Source: a virus (lineage: Duplodnaviria; Heunggongvirae; Uroviricota; Caudoviricetes). From it: a stretch of 64,000 nt of DNA. A model generated the notes under the pieces. It had not been told where the DNA came from and did not search any database. It saw only the letters and a list, made by a program, of their open reading frames with translations. Both the position numbers and the translations under genes were made by a program. Location: IMG/VR virus record IMGVR_UViG_2974506819_000001, positions 98,789-162,788 of that record; one strand, written 5' to 3'. This document shows, in pieces, positions 27,958 to 35,943 of the stretch; position 1 is the first letter of the stretch; every line of letters starts with the position of its first letter.

Positions 27958-28241
27958 CGTAGCGGGCTGGGTATCCAGCCCCTATAGAAAAGTGAAAACC
28001 ATTGCCATGGTTTTAACCCAACCGGTAAGAGTCCTTTGGACCGCCTCCTGTTCGAGGCCATTTTTCTATAGTCACCTCGTTAATGCCAACACATCTGATA
28101 CGTAGATGCCTTAGGAATCCTTTCTGATTCCGGGAGAAAAAGGAATTTCTCCTTCTTTTTATTCCGTGGCCTTCCCGTAGTTATCTACGGGAGGGTCCAT
28201 ACTACAACAATCATTTTTATTTTTTGTAAGGAAACCGTTTC

Positions 28242-28877
28242 ATGTCTACTCCTGCCGTTACGTCCATTGCCGAAGCCATCAGTGACGTTCTGTGGCCGGA
28301 CAGTATTCTGATTGACTTTGAATCGTGCAGCCTCCAGCCTGACAGTGCACTACTCAGCTTTGGGGCATTGGCCTTTAACCGCCATCAGGTTGCCAGTGTG
28401 TCGCATTACGCCAACATCCCTGAGATGATGATTAACATCAACCTCGACCTTACTACCCAGTTCCTGCAAGGGTTTGATTTTGATAAAGACACCGCTAAAT
28501 GGTGGCGGGAAAAGAACGGACACAACATCAAAGGGTTGTACATTGATCGTGTGGAACTGATCGACATGGTGACCCAACTGAATACGCTGTTAGCGACGGT
28601 GAAGAAGAACTGCAAAGACGTGGCCTTCTTCTGTCGTCATCCGCATGCTGACTACGTGTGGTTACGTACCGTGTGTGAGCGCTTAGGGGTTCGCAATCCC
28701 ATCAGCTACAACCGCATCTATGATGTGGCGACCTATGTGTTCAGCCGTACTGATAACCTGCGTGGGGTTTATGAACTGGATACGCCGCGCAGCAGTTTCC
28801 ACCATGCGTTCAATGACTGCTACCGGGATGCATTACAGGTTGCTACTGTTAACGAAAGGAAGATACTCGATGTCTAA
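28242..28877 (+). CDS. DEDDh-family 3'-5' exonuclease-like protein (211 aa)
   Basis: Exo I ILIDFES (DxE), Exo II-like HPHADYVWL, Exo III FHHAFNDCYRDA (HxAxxD). Confidence 0.55.
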   Translation: MSTPAVTSIAEAISDVLWPDSILIDFESCSLQPDSALLSFGALAFNRHQVASVSHYANIPEMMININLDLTTQFLQGFDFDKDTAKWWREKNGHNIKGLYIDRVELIDMVTQLNTLLATVKKNCKDVAFFCRHPHADYVWLRTVCERLGVRNPISYNRIYDVATYVFSRTDNLRGVYELDTPRSSFHHAFNDCYRDALQVATVNERKILDV

Positions 28878-29328
28878 GATTGCATACATGACCTATCTGG
28901 TGAATGAGATACCGATTGTGTTTCATTCTGCGCTTATGTCGCTGGCTAAGGAGCTCGTAGCATATGAGCAACAGCTTACGATGGATGTGCTGGGAAAACA
29001 GCGTCACATGGTTCCTGTGGACTCTGTGAAGGACTTCTTTATTGAAGACAGCGTGGTTGTGGTGGCCTTTAATGAGCGGGAAGAGTTACCGGTGGGGTTC
29101 TGTAGCTATTGGGCAGAACCGACCCAGGGTCGGCTGATTATCGACACGGTTTACGTTGCTCCTGCTTACCGTCAACAAGGCATTGCCAGGGCCATGTTAG
29201 CAGGACCCCTGGACATGGGGTTCTCACTTATTGACATTCACGCCATGGCGAATAACCCCGCAGCGTTAAAACTGTATGCGTCATTAGGATTTAAACCCTA
29301 TATTACTACGATGACGAAAGTAAATTAA
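28870..29328 (+). CDS. GNAT-family N-acetyltransferase (152 aa)
   Basis: ATG 28870 with SD aaggaag, overlapping upstream stop by 8 nt (ATGTCTAA); motif A YRQQGIARAML; ORF-track N-terminal extension rejected. Confidence 0.65.
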   Translation: MSKIAYMTYLVNEIPIVFHSALMSLAKELVAYEQQLTMDVLGKQRHMVPVDSVKDFFIEDSVVVVAFNEREELPVGFCSYWAEPTQGRLIIDTVYVAPAYRQQGIARAMLAGPLDMGFSLIDIHAMANNPAALKLYASLGFKPYITTMTKVN

Positions 29329-29354
29329 TCTTTTCATTTAAGGAGACATTCCAC

Positions 29355-30356
29355 ATGTCAAGCTTAGAACAAATGTTTGATAAAGCCATGAACGAACATA
29401 CTGCTTCGTTTAATTCAAACCTAAAAACCATTAATGCCAAAGGGTGGGTAAACGATTGGGTTAACCGCCACAACGGCAAAGTTCCAATTAACTTTATCCC
29501 TTACGAAGAATTTCGTGCTCACCTAACTTCATTCTTTAAACCCGGCCACGGTCACGATGAAGCCGGTGCTGATGTTGTTGGGTTAACACTGTTTCAACAT
29601 TTGATGTACAACTTGACCAAAGTGGATATCCATGTCGAAGAAACCGTTATTGTGGAGTTAATGAATGACACCACCTTCGATAAAGATGAAGCAAAAATAC
29701 CCACAGAAGTATTAAAGCGGCTCCCCTACTGGTCGGTGCACATTCCTATCACCAGAAGCTTTAATGAAGAGGTAGACGATCCGAACGCCAATTATTATAA
29801 GTTTCTCGAGGTGTACGTCAGCCGCATTAACATCGATAATGACGACGCGTTATTAATTGACATCAATGCGATGTACAAAGATAAAATTCTGCAACACACC
29901 AGAGTGATATCATTAAATTCCCCTACTATACGGGAGGGGTTAGAACGTCACGCCGACATGAATGACCGGCTGGATATAAACAAACACGGTGATATTTTTG
30001 ACTTTACCTTACGTCAAGTGTTTCCGGTTATTTTGTATGTGTGTTCTCAGCAAAAACAAAAGGACATTGGTAGTTCCCCCCTGACCGGGTACAGTATCAA
30101 ACGAAAAGGGAAGAACTTTGTTTTAAAAGCAGCCCCTAAAGTCAAAGTGATTGAATATGGACAAGAGCTAAAAGAACAGCTTGAACGTTTCCATCAATTG
30201 CTAAAACAAGAGCGTGACTTTAAAGGCCGTATTCCCCATATTCGTAAAGCGCACTGGCACGGTTACTGGATAGGACCTCGTGTTGGTGAACGTGATTACA
30301 TCTATCATTGGATTCCGCCAGTCATTGTGTCGGGTTCTGAAGCAGAAATTAAGTAA
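29355..30356 (+). CDS. Hypothetical protein (333 aa)
   Basis: ATG with strong SD aaggagac. Confidence 0.55.
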   Translation: MSSLEQMFDKAMNEHTASFNSNLKTINAKGWVNDWVNRHNGKVPINFIPYEEFRAHLTSFFKPGHGHDEAGADVVGLTLFQHLMYNLTKVDIHVEETVIVELMNDTTFDKDEAKIPTEVLKRLPYWSVHIPITRSFNEEVDDPNANYYKFLEVYVSRINIDNDDALLIDINAMYKDKILQHTRVISLNSPTIREGLERHADMNDRLDINKHGDIFDFTLRQVFPVILYVCSQQKQKDIGSSPLTGYSIKRKGKNFVLKAAPKVKVIEYGQELKEQLERFHQLLKQERDFKGRIPHIRKAHWHGYWIGPRVGERDYIYHWIPPVIVSGSEAEIK

Positions 30357-30374
30357 CCTTATTTGGAGAGTGTT

Positions 30375-30746
30375 ATGGCAACACGTATTTTTGCAGGTAG
30401 CATTGATTTAGTCACGGTGTCGTTAAACGAACGTCTGCAGCCCATGTTAAAGGGTCAGGTTATTGACTGGTTTAGCTACACCAAAGAATCAGGCTCTCAA
30501 GTTGAGTACGTCTGGGATGGCCCGGCTGTGGTGACCATTTGGGATTTGATTGTTTCAGCCAAACCCAACATTGGTAGTGGTGACGATGATGACGGGTTTA
30601 TTCTCACCGAAGAAGAGGTAAAGGGATTCATTGCGGATGGTCTGGAGCAAACCACCGGGTTTGTTCGTAATAAGTTCATCAAGCTGGAATCGTTGGTGGG
30701 TCGCTTTGATTTTGACAAGCACTGCCTGGTCTTCTTCTTTTCTTAA
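30375..30746 (+). CDS. Hypothetical protein (123 aa)
   Basis: ATG 30375 with SD ggagag (ORF-track 30363 is TTG). Confidence 0.5.
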   Translation: MATRIFAGSIDLVTVSLNERLQPMLKGQVIDWFSYTKESGSQVEYVWDGPAVVTIWDLIVSAKPNIGSGDDDDGFILTEEEVKGFIADGLEQTTGFVRNKFIKLESLVGRFDFDKHCLVFFFS

Positions 30747-30760
30747 TAGTAGGTAACAAA

Positions 30761-30931
30761 ATGAAAACGAATGTTACAACAAACACCGACCCGTTTATTG
30801 GTCGTCAGGTCCCTGACAGTGAGCCGGTCGTGATGTCTAAAACTAAACTGCTGGTGATTGCCTTGGTGGCTTTCCTGACAGGGATGTGCTTTGGTGCAGC
30901 TTTCATGTTGGAATACATCCCATGGTTATGA
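30761..30931 (+). CDS. Small C-terminally membrane-anchored protein (56 aa)
   Basis: ATG with SD aggtaac; C-terminal TM LLVIALVAFLTGMCFGAAFML; below ORF-track size cutoff. Confidence 0.35.
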   Translation: MKTNVTTNTDPFIGRQVPDSEPVVMSKTKLLVIALVAFLTGMCFGAAFMLEYIPWL

Positions 30932-31161
30932 TGAAAAGCGCTCTGTCGATATCAGTGTCGTTACATCTGAGCGGAACATTGGGATTAAAACCCATCACGC
31001 ATAATCCTTACCTGTATGGTGGTTGGCGTTTGCTGCCCGACGTGGAAACCACAACGATATATCAGAAACCCGATTCGGTTTATGAAAACGTTGTGCATGC
31101 CCATCTAACAGCGAACATGACACCGAAGGAAAACATCCCTAGAGTGAGAATTGTGAAATAA
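30928..31161 (+). CDS. Hypothetical protein (77 aa)
   Basis: ATG overlaps upstream stop (ATGA); speculative. Confidence 0.3.
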   Translation: MMKSALSISVSLHLSGTLGLKPITHNPYLYGGWRLLPDVETTTIYQKPDSVYENVVHAHLTANMTPKENIPRVRIVK

Positions 31162-31227
31162 GTTATCCTGTTACTTTTTACAAAACAATATATACTTTGT
31201 TCACTTACAACTTTTTAGGGAATCCTT

Positions 31228-31578
31228 GTGGGAACTTTTTCTGTTTATTTTGCGGCCAGCCCAATTAAGTTTCTGATTGGGTTGGTGCTGTTGTTGATAT
31301 TCCTCATCTCCTTTATCCGGGGTAATCAAGTAGCTTGGAAAAGAATGGGGTTGAAGCGGGATACCCGTTTCTATATCTCAGCAGCACTGGTTCTACTGTA
31401 CTTTGCTTTGGGGTTTAACATCGGACACCGACAAACCGATTTACACCGCGAGCAATTTGACACACCGATGGCTACCACAGCACCGGAATTACCTGCAGAA
31501 AGGTCGATTGAAAAACCTGATGCAAAAGCACTCTTTAAAACTGAATTAGAAAACATTAAAAAGGAAAACGCACAGTGA
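31228..31578 (+). CDS. Two-TM membrane protein (116 aa), partner of SPFH gene
   Basis: GTG start; two hydrophobic helices then charged tail; stop overlaps the SPFH gene start (GTGA). Confidence 0.45.
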   Translation: MGTFSVYFAASPIKFLIGLVLLLIFLISFIRGNQVAWKRMGLKRDTRFYISAALVLLYFALGFNIGHRQTDLHREQFDTPMATTAPELPAERSIEKPDAKALFKTELENIKKENAQ

Positions 31579-32444
31579 AACGTGTTATCGCACTTATTGG
31601 TTTAATCTTCGCTTCTATTCTTCTCTCTGGCTGCGGTGAGGTTGTTGAACCCGGCTTCAAAGCCAAGTTCCTCAGCCGCGACGGGTATTCTCCGGAAATC
31701 AAAGAGTCCGGTCGTTACAACGTCTTCTGGTGGGAAGAGCTGGTCTTCCTGGAAACGTCCACCAAAACTGTTTCTGTTCCGCTGAAAGTGAAAATGGCCG
31801 ACGGCCTTGATCTGAAGTTCAATATCAACTTCCGTACCCGCATCGGTGGGAACGACAAAGTTCTGAACGCCATGTTCAACGATGTTAAAGTTGATGTCGA
31901 TGAACAAGATCGTAAGGTCATCACGCTGGACAAAGTATTTAACATCTACGGCAGTGACGTGGTCAGTAACGTTGGCCGGTCGGTGCTGGGCAAATACAAA
32001 GTGGAAGAGGTCGCCAAGAAGTACGACGACATCAACAAACAGCTTCAGGTTAAGCTTAGTGAAGCCATGAAGAACAACCCGCTGGAAGTTTCTAACGTCA
32101 CCCTGGCTGATGTAGACTGGCCGAAAGTTATCACCGACGCGATTGAGAAACAATCCGAACGCGAACTGGCGATTAAGACCGAAGAGAACCAGCAGGCAAT
32201 CGAAATGGTGAAACGCACCAATGAGCTGGCACTGGCTCAAGCGGACCGCGAAATTGAACTGACCAAAGCCCGTACGTTGCGTGATCAAAACGCCATTACC
32301 AACGAAGGCTTGAGCGACAAACTCCTGGCTTACAAAGCACTGGACGTTCAAGCGAAAATGGCAGAAAACAAAGCCGCCATCTTTGTTCCGTACGAAGCGT
32401 TGAATGCCCCAGGGTTATCCAACCGCGTCTTTAACAACAAGTAA
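31575..32444 (+). CDS. SPFH/band-7 (HflC/prohibitin-like) domain lipoprotein (289 aa)
   Basis: Lipobox LLSGC; SPFH-like core and C-terminal coiled coil (ELAIKTEENQQAIEMVKRTNELALAQADREIELTKAR); terminator 32451-32484 follows. Confidence 0.65.
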   Translation: MKRVIALIGLIFASILLSGCGEVVEPGFKAKFLSRDGYSPEIKESGRYNVFWWEELVFLETSTKTVSVPLKVKMADGLDLKFNINFRTRIGGNDKVLNAMFNDVKVDVDEQDRKVITLDKVFNIYGSDVVSNVGRSVLGKYKVEEVAKKYDDINKQLQVKLSEAMKNNPLEVSNVTLADVDWPKVITDAIEKQSERELAIKTEENQQAIEMVKRTNELALAQADREIELTKARTLRDQNAITNEGLSDKLLAYKALDVQAKMAENKAAIFVPYEALNAPGLSNRVFNNK

Positions 32445-32450
32445 TTCGGT

Positions 32451-32484
32451 GTCCTCCTGTTTCGGCAGGAGGATTCTTTTCTTT
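32451..32484 (+). terminator. Rho-independent terminator after SPFH operon
   Basis: 8-bp stem tcctcctg / caggagga then ttcttttcttt. Confidence 0.7.
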
Positions 32485-32540
32485 GAGGTTGAATAATCGA
32501 AAACAAAGAAAAGCATAACCGCACTTATTAAGGATAAGCA

Positions 32541-32870
32541 ATGCACCACATCACTGACTTATTAACACAACACCAACTCAACACTATTTGCGACAACAAC
32601 GTATTGTTCGCAGAACTTGCACGACTGACTCAGGAAGACCCGGTGTTTATCGCCTGTCAGGGTTATCCTGGCGGTACCGTAATTGCCAACAAGAAAGGCA
32701 GTGTGCGTCTGGACGGTATTCATATCCGTTTAGGTGAGCGTTTTCTGACGGCAACCAAAGTCTCTGCACCGGCGGCAGTTTCTTCAGTAACCGTGCAACA
32801 AAAAGAAGCGGCTGTAGCGAAAAAGAAAAAACCACTGGTTCGCAAAGCCAAAAAGGGAAAACGTAAATGA
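32541..32870 (+). CDS. Hypothetical protein with poly-basic C-terminal tail (109 aa)
   Basis: ATG with SD aaggataag; C-term KKKKPLVRKAKKGKRK suggests nucleic-acid binding. Confidence 0.55.
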   Translation: MHHITDLLTQHQLNTICDNNVLFAELARLTQEDPVFIACQGYPGGTVIANKKGSVRLDGIHIRLGERFLTATKVSAPAAVSSVTVQQKEAAVAKKKKPLVRKAKKGKRK

Positions 32871-32899
32871 AACCAATCTTTAATCGTAAGGGTTAATCC

Positions 32900-33547
32900 A
32901 TGAGCCACTCGCTTTCTATTTCTACTGACGGAACAGTCATTACGCTGACCCGCAACGGTCAGAAGTTCGAACTCATCCTCGAAAAACAAAAAATCATGAT
33001 CGCCGATAAACCGGTGCGTGCTACGCTTACTCATAACGACAAAATCATGTGTCGTATGCCGTGCGTAACCGAAGACCCGATTAAAACGCTGGTCATGGCC
33101 TACCGTATGATGAAGTGCGGCGTTATCGGTTATGACCGTAACGGTTCCTGGGATCCGCTGGCCGATTTCCGGATGGCTGTTAATCAATTCACCAAACACG
33201 ATATTCAAATGAGTGCGTGGATTGAAGACGAAGACGAAAACTCCAACCGTAACTTCTACAAGCTGCCGTTCTCTAATGGCCTGCTGGCAGTAGAAACCGT
33301 GCTGGATGGTCGTAAGTACAGCGTTCGCCAGGAATGTTCACCCACATCTAACCAGATGTACTGTGTGAAGCTGGTGTTCTGCCCGCACAGCGTTTATCCG
33401 TTACAACCGGGTTATGTTGAGCAAACCATTGAAGCGCGCATGTGGTACTCTGACAGTCGTATTCTGCCGGACGCAGAAGCTATGATTGCCCAGTACGTCA
33501 AAGCCCGTAAATACCCTCACCCTGAATACGAAGCAGAACCCGCATAA
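32900..33547 (+). CDS. Hypothetical protein (215 aa)
   Basis: ATG with SD aaggg. Confidence 0.55.
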   Translation: MSHSLSISTDGTVITLTRNGQKFELILEKQKIMIADKPVRATLTHNDKIMCRMPCVTEDPIKTLVMAYRMMKCGVIGYDRNGSWDPLADFRMAVNQFTKHDIQMSAWIEDEDENSNRNFYKLPFSNGLLAVETVLDGRKYSVRQECSPTSNQMYCVKLVFCPHSVYPLQPGYVEQTIEARMWYSDSRILPDAEAMIAQYVKARKYPHPEYEAEPA

Positions 33548-33555
33548 GGCCCACC

Positions 33556-33819
33556 ATGAGCATCTTTTGGATTGTTGTTCTCTATACTGTTTTGGTAATG
33601 ATTCTTTGTGCGCTGGAGTATAAGGCGTATATCCGTAACGGTAAGTTCAAGAAGCGGGCCTTCGCTAAAGACTTCGTGCGGTTGTGGACGGTGGGGATGT
33701 GTATCATCCTGGCGGCCATTTGGGAAGCCTTGAAGTTTATCTTCGTCTGGGCAGGTAAAATCATTGACTGGGTCTGGGCGTTGATGAAGTTCATCGTTGC
33801 CAAAGCTCGACAAGACTAA
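33556..33819 (+). CDS. Small membrane protein, holin-like topology (87 aa)
   Basis: Two-three hydrophobic helices and charged C-term KARQD; terminator-like hairpin 33826-33851 follows. Confidence 0.45.
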   Translation: MSIFWIVVLYTVLVMILCALEYKAYIRNGKFKKRAFAKDFVRLWTVGMCIILAAIWEALKFIFVWAGKIIDWVWALMKFIVAKARQD

Positions 33820-33878
33820 TCTCCTATTCCTCTGCCTCACAGCAGAGGAATATCCTTAAGCTAATTTAAGAGGTAATT

Positions 33879-34370
33879 ATGCAACCTATTCATGTGTTAT
33901 ACCAAGAGTTCATTGAGAAGCTGCGGGCACTGATTGATTCACAAAGCAACTTCGCCAAGGTGGAATTCAAAACCGACAGCCGTTGGTTAACCGTGTGGTG
34001 TATGGTGGGTCAAAACGAAAACCTGGAACGTGAATGTGTGTACCGGGTAGAGTACGGTCACCTCGACCGCAGTAACAAGGTCAGAATGCACTTTAAAGAG
34101 ATTGCAGACCTGCATGCATTCATTCGTACCGCCATCTGGAAAAATCCTCGCTACGCGACGCTGAGGGCGGATTTCAAGCACAAGGATTTCTTTCGCCAAG
34201 GCACCTTGCGTATGTTGCGGGCAATGAAAGCCATGCACGAACCCAAAACGGCGACCACCACCGATTTCTTTAAGGGATGTAAAGGCACGGAAGATAACGG
34301 CCCGACAACGGAGTTAGTGTTGCACGTAAAGAAGGATCACGGCGGTAACGTTTTTGTTGTAGAACACTAA
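33879..34370 (+). CDS. Hypothetical protein (163 aa)
   Basis: ATG with SD aagaggt; strong terminator 34366-34416 downstream. Confidence 0.55.
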   Translation: MQPIHVLYQEFIEKLRALIDSQSNFAKVEFKTDSRWLTVWCMVGQNENLERECVYRVEYGHLDRSNKVRMHFKEIADLHAFIRTAIWKNPRYATLRADFKHKDFFRQGTLRMLRAMKAMHEPKTATTTDFFKGCKGTEDNGPTTELVLHVKKDHGGNVFVVEH

Positions 34371-34416
34371 TTTACTCTGAGAGGTCCCCTGCGGGCCTCT
34401 CAGGGATATTCTTATT
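34366..34416 (+). terminator. Rho-independent terminator
   Basis: Stem ctgagagg / cctctcag followed by a T11 run. Confidence 0.7.
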
Positions 34417-34456
34417 TTTTTTTTGATGCTATGGACTCAACCAAAAGGAACTTAAA

Positions 34457-35938
34457 ATGGAAACCAGCATCAAGTTTAGTGAAATGCCGAAACTCGACTC
34501 TATCACTGCGGATACCCTTATCCCAGTTGTAGGAACAGGGGAAGATGGCCAGCCTGCTAACTTCAGTATTAAGGGGTCAACCCTGTTGGCGTTTGTGGGA
34601 GAACTCGCGACGCCTGTTGGGTCAGCTAATCAACGTCCTTTCCAGGAGTGGCTGTCTCAGCTAGAACGTCGTACTACCTATGACTTCCGTCCCGTTCCAG
34701 TAATGACCAATCCTCCAGTGACGTCTCTGGTGAAATCCCAAGGGGTATCGGGTGTGTCAGTCGTTAACGGTGGCGCGGGTTATAAAGTCGGCGACAACTT
34801 GACCGTGGATGGCGGTGAGTTCGGCGTAGCTGCACGTCTGCGTGTAACGTCTGTGGATGGCGACGGTAAGATTTTGGCAGTCGCGGTACAGCTGACCGGC
34901 ACGTATATTACCAAACCTGTTAACCCAGTTTCAACAACGGATGATTCTACCGGCACAGGGGCAACCTTTAACCTGACGTGGAACCCAGGCGTAGGGTCTA
35001 CTATCTATAACGGTAAGACCTGGAACCGTACTGATGAAACCCTGTTTAAGTATCTGGGTTACAACATCAAGGACACCTCTTCAGGTTATCGCGGTAACGG
35101 TATCGGTAATGGTACGCAGTGTGTAATTGAATTCTTCTGTGATGCCGACGCCATTGACTTCCGCTTCATTGGCGGTAATGCTCAGTACGACCTTTACGTC
35201 GACGGACAGCGTATCAGTGATAAACCAATTCAAACGGATTCATCCGGTGCGCCCTACATCTATAATGTCACTTGGCCGACTTCTGTGCCACGTCATTATA
35301 AACTGATGGGTATTAACACCGGGTTTGGTGGTATCATCACTGCCCAACAGTATACTGTATGGCATCCAGGTCCACGTCGTCGTCCATTAATTTGGCAGAT
35401 GGGTGACTCTTACACCTACGGTACTGGTGCAACCCAAATCTCATTCAACGATCTCAAAGTGATGGCAGACATTCTGGGGTTTGATTCCATTGCGGACGGG
35501 ATTGGAGGTAAGGGGTGGACGTCAACCGATTCCACTATTCCTCAACAGCGTGTGGCTGACAAGCTCGCTATCCTCAACGATACGCCAGAGTATGTCTTCC
35601 TCTCCCTGGGCTATAACGACGCCGCAGCGGGCCGTTTAGAAGTACTGGAGACCAACTTCCGGGCAACGATTGCGAAGCTCAATGAAGTGGTGCCTAATGC
35701 CAAGGTTGTGGTAATTGGTCCGGCAACTCCAATGGGATCAACCAGCAAGATTACCGACATCCGTGCATCCCTTATCAAACTCAGTGCTGAATTCAACCTG
35801 ATGTTTGTGGATGTGGATAACTGGGTTAGTGCGGCGAATGCCAAGCTGTATACCCTGAGTGATAACACCCACCCTAACGACGCCGGGTATATCTACCGTG
35901 GTGTACGTTTAGCTCAAGCATTGGCGAGTCGTATCTAG
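34457..35938 (+). CDS. SGNH/GDSL-family hydrolase (esterase) with N-terminal beta-rich region (493 aa)
   Basis: Block I IWQMGDSYTYG (GDS), block III LSLGYNDAAAG, block V DNTHPNDAGY (DxxH). Confidence 0.65.
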   Translation: METSIKFSEMPKLDSITADTLIPVVGTGEDGQPANFSIKGSTLLAFVGELATPVGSANQRPFQEWLSQLERRTTYDFRPVPVMTNPPVTSLVKSQGVSGVSVVNGGAGYKVGDNLTVDGGEFGVAARLRVTSVDGDGKILAVAVQLTGTYITKPVNPVSTTDDSTGTGATFNLTWNPGVGSTIYNGKTWNRTDETLFKYLGYNIKDTSSGYRGNGIGNGTQCVIEFFCDADAIDFRFIGGNAQYDLYVDGQRISDKPIQTDSSGAPYIYNVTWPTSVPRHYKLMGINTGFGGIITAQQYTVWHPGPRRRPLIWQMGDSYTYGTGATQISFNDLKVMADILGFDSIADGIGGKGWTSTDSTIPQQRVADKLAILNDTPEYVFLSLGYNDAAAGRLEVLETNFRATIAKLNEVVPNAKVVVIGPATPMGSTSKITDIRASLIKLSAEFNLMFVDVDNWVSAANAKLYTLSDNTHPNDAGYIYRGVRLAQALASRI

Positions 35939-35943
35939 CGTAC

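Noticed and set aside
28030-28062. Possible tRNA in the 27958-28241 gap (TGTTCGAGG resembles a T-loop)
   Set aside because: No acceptor stem, D-arm or anticodon arm can be drawn around it. It folds as a simple 5-bp hairpin followed by a U-run. No other intergenic region shows a cloverleaf.
34402-34416. Long homopolymer T runs (T11 at 34402-34416; T10 and T12 at 44293-44318) as slippery or phase-variation sites
   Set aside because: Both sit immediately 3' of strong GC hairpins in intergenic DNA and are explained as terminator U-tracts. They are not inside coding sequence.
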